Made by a program: the position numbers and the translations under genes | Notes under the pieces: model-generated | The model's database searches: none | The model's input: only the letters and a program-made list of their open reading frames with translations | What the model was told of the DNA's origin: nothing | In this document: piece after piece, positions 1 through 11,100 of the stretch | Position numbering within the stretch: the stretch's first letter is position 1 | Layout of the letters: every line of letters begins with the position of its first letter | Assembly: GCF_031769215.1 (NCBI RefSeq) | Contig: NW_026782599.1 | Location: 124,001-188,000, forward strand | Origin: Ylistrum balloti | Taxonomy: Eukaryota | Length of the DNA: 64,000 nt | Direction of reading: 5' to 3'

Positions 1-540
1 CATGTAGGGTCCAGATTAGTTTCCAACTGGAGATTTGACCTAATCTGAGACTTAATCAGTGTTATTTTCGCACGTTACTGAATTGGTTAGTAAGTAACCA
101 AAAGCGGACACAAGGAATGTTTCTTCCGTATACCAGTTGTCTAGGTTGGTGCTAAAGCTACACAGGTTCAGCATACATAGCATCCAAGTCATCTTTCCAT
201 TGCCTTGAACAACTGAGAAATTTTCATTCTGTCGCGACATAGAGATTGACAAGTCGATAAGAAGCCTTACGATACTTCACAAATATAATAAAAAGTGATC
301 AAGATTTGTATCAGCTGGTGCTATGTCAGGTTTCAACGAGGTTTCATCAGAGACGTGATATATACGTCTCTGGTTTGGTGAATGTCTGCTTATGGACGGT
401 TAAATGCCAACCAAAAGCTGTTATGGTTCGATGATTTGGTGTGATGTACAAGACCACTGGACCATAGCATAACAACATCGGCACATATATATAGCGCCTG
501 TATATCGTCAAAATGAGTGAACCGATATTGCGGTCACTAC

Positions 541-680
541 TCGTGCCAATTCACGTAAGTTTGAGGGCGGATTTTGCCGACGCCGTATGAACAGAACATC
601 CCAGTCCAGATGTGCCCTATTGGGCTCAGATCGGGGGATTTGGCAGGCCAATCTATAACTTGGCATTGTTCTGCTGTTAA
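541..680 (-). mobile_element. Degenerate Tc1/mariner transposase fragment (C-terminal part of DDE domain)
   Basis: Minus-strand translation of 606-650 gives WPAKSPDLSPIGHIW, the Tc1-family WPxxSPDLNPIE motif. With frameshifts it is followed by ...RRRQNPPSNLRELAR and preceded by a QQNN-QVID-like segment. Confidence 0.8.
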
Positions 681-2067
681 TTAAATTCTTTATTTAAAAA
701 TGCATTACATACATTTAGGCTTTAGAATACACAGTACTTCAGTATTATGTAAGATAGCGGAGGACATACCAAAGAATACAATGACAATAGGAATAAGCAT
801 TGTCAGTGACACAAAGCTGGAATATACACGGCTGATCAGATACCAAGTAGTGTCTGCTGAAGTAGCCTGGATTATGCGGTTTCTCAATCGTTTTCTTTAC
901 AACTTTACTGGCGAACAATTGTGTTTATTTGAAAACGGATGATAGAAATGATAAGAATTTAAGTTATCTGATTCGGAGCTCGGAGCATGCATGGCATAAC
1001 AAAATAAAATAAATTTCGTCCTTGACCTCATTTCTATTGCTATACTGACATCCTCGTTGTGCTCTGTATATTATAATTTCTGCCTGATTCTATATCTAAT
1101 GTATGGGCTGGTATCATATGCTTACCGAGGATATTTTTCACAGATAAGTAAGTGACTAAGTGAGGTAGAATTGTATATCGTTACGATCTACAATTTATAT
1201 TTACCACTGAAATTTAAAGGAGATTCCTAAATTATTTCTCGCCGGATAAAACAATTTTGTGCATATTAAGCGTATGAAGATAAATATGCTCATCATTAGG
1301 GACATACTGAGCCAATCAAACACCATGGAAACCAATTTTGCTTAATTCATGCTTAACTCAATATATAAAATATGTTCAGTTTTTGTTAAATATTTAGTTC
1401 GACCAGCTCATAGTCACAAGAGCTCAAAATGCAATTGTGAATTTGTAGTAGTTTTTGACTTGCACTTAATGTGACTAAATGGTTAGATTTCGATATTTTT
1501 TCCTATACGTTTCCTTTCGGGCAAGCATGGTAAGACTTAAAATAAGACTCTTTGCAAAATTATAACACTCTACAAGAAAAATTGATAAAATATCAGCTTC
1601 AAACTAACGCTACTCGAAACTAGCTGTTATGTCTACCATCGGTGTTTAGATTGGAGATAGCCGAGTTCATCATGTGACCTTTCGGAGACTTGTTTTCAAC
1701 CGCCGTTTTGTTATGAGTTTTTACTAAGTATAATTTATAATTAGTCAAAACTTAATTTGCAAGACAAGTTTCAATTTTTTTCTTTGTAAAATGACCCATT
1801 GTTTCACGCTTTCTGCGTGACAGAGCGAAATAAACGAATTTGAATCAATCTTAATCTCAAATTGCATGCGCAAAAAATATTGTTTACACTCTCCGAACGA
1901 TAATGATATGAATTAATGTCGGGTCTCTCATATTGTGAGTTTTTGACGTTGTTAAGAAAATGGTTGTGCAAACTTTAAATATTATAATGAGCAGAAACAA
2001 CAGTTTTTTAAAGAAATATTTAAAATTTACGCTTTTTATCAGTTGTGAAATGAATATCTAACCACTT

Positions 2068-2554
2068 CATACCTGCCAACTTTCCCGATTCATTCGGGAG
2101 TTTCCCGATTCTCACTCCCCGTGGATCCTGCCTCCCGATCATATGGATCAAAATTGGGGTAATCTCCCGATTTGAGAGATCTCGTGATGTATGTCATAAG
2201 TAATCTTGCTATATTTGTCAAATTGGTAAGACTGAACACCTGGCCACATAATTAAGGCCTAGATAGAAGTACACTGCCCAATTATCTTATTTTTTTTTTA
2301 TAATTTTTTATTTTTCAAGATTTTACACGTTGTACAGGACAAATACACTCACACCCTCTCACACATCCAACCACAGGTGCACATATAGTCATTGCGTGTC
2401 AAACAAGTACACTCCATTCAAAAGAATCATCAACATCATCATCAACATTCAACAATGCATGTGATCATTACTACTATTATTATTATTATTATCACCATAC
2501 ATGATAATCCTCATATATCACAACCAATATTATTATGTTACACACTAAATAATG

Positions 2555-2605
<51 letters not shown>

Positions 2606-4060
2606 CAAAAACATGATAATCTTCCTCATCATCCATTTCAACATATATATCACAATCAATATTACTATCATGATTATTGTACATACTAAATAATGCATCA
2701 TCATCATCCACATTCAACAATTCATTATCATCATCAAATCAAGATTCATACTTTCATAACCATTATGACACCTTATGATTCATAAATATCACAGTAAACT
2801 TTTGTTTGAAATGCACCCATGCACACATGCATAAACACACACTCATCCATAAATTGACATCAACATACAGAAATGAAGAAATGAAATAGAACTTTATTAG
2901 GGATAAGAAATTTAAAGAGAAAGAAATTGAAGAAAATGAAGAAATAGTAAAGTGGATTGTTGGGTGAGATGGTAAAATAGGTTAGAGTAATTTAATCTTT
3001 TAATGTTTTTCTTTCTTTCCAATTATCTTATTAGTGTCACCCAATTCCAGTTAATCATAATTGCCCGCTCCGCTTGGGAGCACACCTGTACCCGGCCGAC
3101 TGTTCCCTATCTAATTAACGGCAGATCATGGTCAGGACTCAGGTGGACCCTGGTGAATGTTTGGTTAAGATGAGGCCATTTTACACACAATTAAGTAGAT
3201 ATTACCATGTTTATACTACCTATTCGGTCAAATAACGAATTCAACAAGAAAATGGTTTGAAAAACGATCTTTATGATGTAATAATGTGAAAGTATTCCTC
3301 AATCAATACCAATAATTTAACATCAGTCCTTGAAAAACGAAAAGGTTGGCATCATGAGTAAGAAAACCAGATCAAACAAATATTTCACGCACTGAAAAGT
3401 TGATAAAAATTTTAAGCATGATTGGTTCTCAACAAAACGTGATAATGGTTCAACAGGAAGTAGTTATACTTACGCCAAATAGAAATAGATCCGGACCAAA
3501 TTTACGGATTTATCTCAGTCTACAGTTATGTTCTAAATATATATTTCACAGTAAATAGAAAAATTCAGCCATCATGGATAATTTGATCTAGATTAAAACA
3601 TTTTGAATTTTATGAAGAATTTATTTCATTTATCTTTTTTCGCCTTTTAATAAAATTACTGCTTATTTTTTTATGAGAGGATTAATATTATTTTTTCCTT
3701 AGCTCAATCAAACAATTTTTTTCTGAAGCATAAATTTTGGAAATACATATTCTTACTAACAACCAAACAGACCATCACCTATCTTAATATCTGTTTTATT
3801 GTGCGAGTTCGATGAAAACTGAGAATTTAAATGAATAAATTCTAACTTATTTGCGAAAAAAAACCCAGATATATTTTTTATTGTTATAGTATAGTAAAGC
3901 ATGCATCTTTTCAACTTAAAATCATCTAGATGTATTGATTCAATATACATTAATTTTTCCTTTGTGACAAATGTCGCGACGCGCAAGGTATAGTTGCAAG
4001 TCCAAAATGTCGTTCACACACTTTTCTCCCTATGAGAATTTTGAAAATTTGGCAGGTATG
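2068..4060. mobile_element. Possible non-autonomous TIR element(s) or nested insertion block
   Basis: CATACCTGCCAA (2068-2079) and its exact reverse complement TTGGCAGGTATG (4049-4060). No clear TSD and no transposase ORF inside. Confidence 0.35.
2555..2603. repeat. (CAT)n microsatellite inside a CAT/ATT-rich low-complexity block (about 2425-2740)
   Basis: Direct reading. It explains the poly-S, poly-M and poly-D ORFs in the track. Confidence 0.95.
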
Positions 4061-4287
4061 CATTTAGTCCCTTTAATAAGTTATTTTACGTTTTATCTGT
4101 TAGAGAAACGACCCCGCTCAAATTAAACCATAGAATTATTTAGACTTCTTTTACTCCAAGATCTTCTTTCAGAAAATGCGAATGAACTTTCTTTAAATTT
4201 AGGTTGCAGTACATAATCCCCAGACTTCACAATTAAGAAAGTTAAGAAAACAAGTATTACTAGTGTAGAATATAACGGTTACCTCCC

Positions 4288-4465
4288 CTGTTGTAAAACA
4301 TCCTTGTCACGTTACTGGTGTGAGATGTCGCATTATCATGCTCCAAAATGGACCAATTCTTTTGACACTGTAAAAACGGAACAGCGACGGATGATGAAAC
4401 TTCGTCCCGATACCGAATAACATTTAAACTGCCACTGGCAATCACTAACCTTGTTTGATTGGACG
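4288..4465 (-). mobile_element. Degenerate Tc1/mariner transposase fragment (second catalytic Asp region)
   Basis: ORF 4260-4445 reads VIASGSLNVIRYRDEV..VPFLQ...ILEHDNATSHTSNVTRMF, matching the Tc1 pattern G-L--..Y..IL...V.PF....FQHDNA..H. Confidence 0.75.
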
Positions 4466-6889
4466 GTTTTCACGAGAGGTACGGCCACTCTTTGGAGGGT
4501 CGGATGTAGGAATTACTCAGTCCCCTGTTTGCTGTCAAGCTTATCGCTATACCATCACTGAGATAGTCCAATGAAGGACAGCAAAATCAGAATGTTTGTA
4601 GAATGTAAAACATTGCCATAAAAGACATATTGTCTTTTGGCTTCACCCAAACCGTCTTACAACCTCTACACCAAACCGTCTTACAACCTCGCGTTACGTT
4701 GCACCGACTTGAAGCATGCCAATAGCCCTTTCCTTCTCGTCTTTCAAAAGACGGTGCATTGCGTTCATCTAGATAATTAACAACCAAACCAAAATCCAAC
4801 TGAACATTAAGTGAAGTGAAGAAATTTGATTTGTTTTATTAGACAATCTTTGAATTTCACGCCTGACTGATTTCAATAAAACTTTTGGCAAATAATTAAG
4901 AAATTCTTACAAACCATATTGTATAATCAACCAACATTTTGTGTATGGCAATGTAACTTGACAACCTGCTTTTATCTATATGTTTTAAGGTCCGAATAAT
5001 TAACTTTGACCCCTACATCACAAGAGAAACAATCCTTTGTCCTCACATCAACTCGAAAGATACACAGGATTCTTTTAAGGAAATATTGATGAAATCAAGA
5101 TGGTTATTGTTTCGATCCGAGAATTCTTGTAAGGACATGCACTTCATACTAGTTACATGGTTTCCTTGTTATTTTAAGAACTGCATACAAAGACATTATT
5201 GATTGTATAATTAACCAAGAAAAAGGCCCACTTGTGGTGAAATTTCATGTATGTTGTACAATATAATGAAAATTGTAAGGAACCTCTGAAATATCAACTC
5301 ATTAAGCCAAATGAGTCAGATAATAAATGGCTCAATTCATATTTTCATGTTTATTTCACATTCGCTATTATATATTAAATTTGTACACCAACATTGTTGT
5401 TCTAAAAACATAACATAAACAAATATGATTTTCTTGAAAAATTAATATATGTATAAGCAAGAGATCACAGGGAAATCTCGCCTCCCACCTGTTTGGATCC
5501 TTTTTATTCAATATGCACAACAGGGGACCTATGAGATCTTGGAATGATCCATCCAGAAGCTCCAACTGAGAATATCCCCATGATGGACGTAAATCAATAT
5601 ATGTATAGTTTTCTCGATTATCCCCATTATTGAAGATTTTTTTAAAGTAAAGATCCATTGAATTGTCTCCCTTCCCTTGATCAATCCAAAACTTGACAAT
5701 GCACAATTAGAATCAAAGAAAAATCTCTATACAAGATTGGGTAATATTCTATTGAGTACTTCTCAGTAAGTTAGCAATAACAAACTTTATCTATCAAAGA
5801 CCTCCATTTTCTGACACTTTCAAAATATCAAAAAAAATATACACAACTTTATGGAATCTACATATGAATTTGATTAAGACTCGTCCAGTACTGTGTAAAG
5901 AAAAAGGGGTTTCATGATTCAAAATGTCCAACATCTGATCATAGTGGACTACAAATGCTAACGATAAGCAAACCACAAGCAACAAGTTTGAAAAGATATT
6001 ATGTAAATCACCTTACTCATGCCTTTCAAGGAAAAAAAAAAACAAAAAACAAAAAAGAAAGGAAAAATTAAATTCTACAAAAAACAAATAAGGATTGAAA
6101 TGAAAAATAGATTTTAATAAACGAGAACATTCAAAACCTGAAAGTATAAAATCCTTTACTGCCCAGCCCGTTCTTTGTGATTCATTGTTTTATTTTTACA
6201 AACATCAGTAACTATTTCACTGAACAACTGATCTCACACTTGTTATAATCATTAGAGTAAAAATAAAATTTCTGATATACATGGAATGTGAGCCTCTCAT
6301 AATGATAATTACCAATACATATTTCACAAAATGATGAGCTAGGAAATTTGTCTATGAAAAAATTATTATTGAACGCGATTAAATGTGATGGCTCAATTTT
6401 TGAAATTCTGGTATTACAGTAATGCAATCTGTATGTCAAATAATATTGGAACTGTTTTTAAAGATGGTGGCAAGCACAGCATCTTGAGGGTGAACTTTCA
6501 AATTTTTGAAAAAAAAATGTATTCATCATTAAAGTAATCATTAGGGGAGACACTGAGCCTATTTGTAAAAATACAAGGAAAAGGTGTTGAAGATGATGAA
6601 AGGCAGTGATCGGAAATCAAAGTAGATTTGTCTCCATTTATACTACATGCCCTTTGAATTAGACTCAAGAAGTCACTATTGATATAGTATTCTCAAATCT
6701 CCTAATTAATGAGTTACCATTGATACATCACTCCAACATCTTAGAATTTGACTCAAGGAGTCACCATTGATTCAGAACTCCCACATCTTAGAATTTGACT
6801 AAAGGAGTCACCATTGATAAGTTATCAAATATCTTCGAGTTCATCTTCTCCATTAAGGCTAATGATACCATCAATTAAAGAACCTGGAA

Positions 6890-7615
6890 TATTTCAAAGC
6901 TATACCTACAGATGTCACACCTGCCATCTTATTTCAAAACTATACCTATAGATGTTACACCTGTCATCTTATTTCAAAACTATACCTACAGATGTTACAC
7001 CTGTCATCTTATTTCAAAGCTATACCTACAGATGTTACACCTGTCATCTTATTTCAAAGCTAAACCTACAGATGTCACACCTGTCATCTTATTTCAAAGC
7101 TATACCTACATATGTCACACCTGTCATCTTATTTCAAAGCTATACCTACAGATGTTACACCTGTCATCTTATTTCAAAGCTATACCTACAGATGTAACAC
7201 CTGTCATCTTATTTCATAGCTATACCTACAGATGTCACACCTGTCATCTTATTTCAAAGCTATACCTACATATGTCACACCTGTCATCTTATTTCAAAGC
7301 TATACCTACAGATGTTACACCTGTCATCTTATTTCAAAGCTATACCTACAGATGTAACACCTGTCATCTTATTTCATAGCTATACCTACAGATGTCACAC
7401 CTGTCAGATTCACACCTGTCATTTCAAAGCTATACCTACAGATGTCACACCTGGCATCATCTTATGTAACACCTGTCAAAGCTATACCTACAGATGTTAC
7501 ACCTGCTATACCTACAGATGTTACACCTGTCATCTTATTCCAAAGCTATACCTACAGATGTTACACCTGGCATCTTATTTCAAAGCTATACCTACAGATG
7601 TTACACCTGGCATCT
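6890..7615. repeat. 40-bp minisatellite, about 18 copies (ATTTCAAAGCTATACCTACAGATGTTACACCTGTCATCTT)
   Basis: TATACCTA recurs at 6901, 6941, 6981 and so on. The array degenerates after about 7400. Confidence 0.95.
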
Positions 7616-8195
7616 TTAGAAATAAATATCATTCTCAGCACAAGATAAACTGTTGTAAAATTGACATTTAATATACTAACAAATTAATCAGCTCAAATGA
7701 ACCATATCAAACGTCAGTCCATTTAGTAACTATCAACAGTCTGGTCAGGGAAATTTTCAAATCTTAACATAACATGTAGCAGCTTCTGCACCATGCATAA
7801 TCTACATGTATTCGTCTTTGAATTTTGCAATGTTCAACTAAGTTAAATACTTTGTTGCCATATGAATTGTTATTATAAATTGTCAGGTGCCACTGCCAGA
7901 ACAAAAGGACTGCAGGGCAGAACAATATACAGCCCTCCCATGTCGAAGAAATTTTCAGAGTTTCTTGAATAAAAATACATATATTAAAATGGTTTGCAAG
8001 AGATTTGAGGAAAACAAAAAAATCTAGCAAAGATTAAAATATTGGAAAAAAAATAATAAAGGACAGTAACTTATTAAAATATTGCTGAATCAAAATACTA
8101 TCCATGAAAACACAATTTCATGTTGTGGTTTTCAAGTCTACCAAGAAATTGGTTGAAAACTATTGTTTAAACATACCACAAAAAGATCGAGAATT

Positions 8196-11100
8196 TCATC
8201 TGATACGATCATGATCATATGTAACAGACAGGTTCTTACAAGAGTCTACCAAACTTCTGGTAAAGCCAGAAACCTAAAGAAATAATCCATTCACAGTGAA
8301 TATATAGTGTACTCTTCAACGTCACATACTCTTGATAACAAGACAGTACCATTTTGAAAGAGCTGTTACGTTATGCTTTTATCTAATAAAGTCTGCTTAA
8401 AGTACAGTAAGAAAGTCAGAAATAAAAAAAAAAAAGGCTCAGTATACCTCAATCTTGTTTCTCCTTCTGAATGGAAGATTTTTGCAGATTTCAAATGCAG
8501 CAAATAAAGGGAACATTTCTGATTGGTCAAGATTCAAACTCAAATCATTTGTGATGATGCAAGACTTGTTACATTGTTTAACACCTCTGCTGTGAAAATA
8601 CATAAAGAGGACATTTGATTGTTTCCAGTTTAATGTATATATTTCACAAATATGACAGTAAAAAGAAAACTGTCATATGAGTGAATTGATCTTGCATACT
8701 GGACTATTTGGCAAGATGACACCGTTTTGGTTTGGCCACTTTGCATGGTTTTCAAAATTGTCAGCTGTTCCCTAGAGTAAGTCACCTATAACAATACCAA
8801 ATAAAAGACACCATTGGAGATACACAAAAAAAACTGGAAGGAAAACCAACTTATTCAATCATTGACCCATTTACCTTTGAATGGGAAAATTTCAATGCAG
8901 TGACTAAAAAGTACTGCTCTGATTGGTTAAAAAATACAAATTGACATGATCTACCTTAGGTAATCAAAATTCATGAGGATCTTTTAATCTCTCAAAGTTT
9001 AACATGTACAATAGTAAGTGTGTTGTTAAGATTCATTCAGGTTCATTTGGGCAGAATATTTCACACTGACAAATGTATTTAGTTGTGTCCAAAGCTGCAG
9101 GTCCCACATCAATAGTGTTCGAATTATTTCAAATCTGTGATAAAAAATTTCCCTGGGCACAAAGATAAGGATTATTTCTTACATAAAAAGAAATCTGTCA
9201 CAAGATACTAAACAATCCACTTTTGTAGAGCTACTTTTTCCTGTTTCCAGTCACGTTTTCTCTTATTTTGCTGTTTTGGTGAATCCATTGCCAGCATCAA
9301 ATCATTGCTATTTAATGCCTCACGTAATTTCAGCAGTTCTCTCTTCATTTTTTGTATCACTAAAGGCTTCACATTTTTCGCTACATTCTGGTGACAACAA
9401 TGTTTTAATTCTAGTGGAATCACCATTGCTGAACTGTTATGCTCACTTCCCGGTACTCGCCAGTAGCATCTGCCATCATACACAGAAATCCATTGTTCAT
9501 GGAACTTAAAATTTATGTAGTAATCACAGAACCCTTTCAGTAGCTCGACTGCAAATAAAGCACAATAGTATTATAGATATGTATACAATGGCCAAAGAAT
9601 TAGAGTGATTTCAAAGAAGAAATGTTTTCTACGACATGAACAAGGTCAAATCCACCTGTCAGCAGTAGAACATTAGTTCTTATTACACAAACAGTGGATG
9701 ATTAAATATGACATTTTGATTACTACAGTCATCTTCATCAGATGAATGACCAGTGTGAAGAATACTAGCATTGATGTATGTAGAGCAGAGGAGATGTTAC
9801 GAAATCAATCAACTTTTTCAGCTGTACTATAATTCTATGTACACTAAGGTAGAAAATAGAAGAAAAGATTTATACAAACAAGAGGCCAATAGGACCTGGT
9901 TTAATTTGCTGAAATTGATTAATTGACATGAAGATATATAAGGAAAAAAGTCGGGACTTGAAATTATTTTGACTCAAGTGATTTTGAGACTACGAGTTTC
10001 AACTGTATAGAACATATAGATGAGATAACCAACAATCATATATCTGTACACTTACCTAGTGATGAATCATTTACCACCAACTCTTTGGAAATGTCAGGTA
10101 ATTTCCTTATTTTGTCTCTTCCTAAAAAATAAAGCACAGCTGGTAACCAACAGCAAAGGAACTAAGTATTCTTCAACACTTAGTAATTAGACATCATTAG
10201 ACACTTCGAGTTCAGTCTTCTGTAATTGTCTGACACTATCAGAAATGTGAGGCAAGTCTACTGTAATAGTCAGACACTATCAGACACATGAGGTAAGTCT
10301 TCTGTAATAATCAGACACTAACAGACACATAAGGTAAGTCTTCTGTAATAATCAGACACTATCAGACACATGAGGTAAGTCTTCTGTAATAGTCAGACAC
10401 TATCAGACACATGAGGTAAGTCTTCTGTAATAATCAGACACTATCAAAAATGTGAGGCAAGTCTACTGTAAAAGTCAGACAATATCAGACACATGAGGTA
10501 AGTCTTCTGTAATAGTCAGACACTATCAGACACATGAGGTAAGTCTTCTGTAATAGTCAGACACTATCAGACACATGAGGTAAGTCTTCTGTAATAGTCA
10601 GACACTATCAAACACATGAGGTAAGTCTTCTGTAATAGTCAGACACCACTATCAGACACATCAGGTAAGTCTTCTGTAATAGTCAGACACTACCAGACAC
10701 ATGAGGTAAGTCTTCTGTAATAGTCAGACAGTATCAGATACATGAGTTCAGTCTTCTGTAATAGTCAGACACTATCAGACACATGAGGTAAGTCTTCTGT
10801 AATAGTCAGACACTATCAGACACATGAGATAAGTCTTCTGTAATAATCAGACACTATCAGACACATGAGGTAAGTCTTCTGTAATAGTCAGACACTATCA
10901 GACACATGAGTTCAGTCTTCTGTAATAGTCAGACACTACCAGACACATGAGTTCAGTATTCTGTAATAGTCAGACACTATCAGACACATGAGGTAAGTCT
11001 TCTGTAATAGTCAGACACTATCAGACACATGAGGTAAGTCTTCTGTAATAGTCAGACACTATCAGACACATGACGTAAGTCTTCTGTAATAGTCAGACAC

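Noticed and set aside
2392-2720. Poly-His/Ser, poly-Met and poly-Asp ORFs
   Set aside because: They are translations of the (CAT)n low-complexity block in different frames.
6912-7671. Four overlapping Cys/Tyr/His-rich ORFs up to 155 aa
   Set aside because: They arise from the stop-poor 40-bp minisatellite, with no splice or protein-family support.
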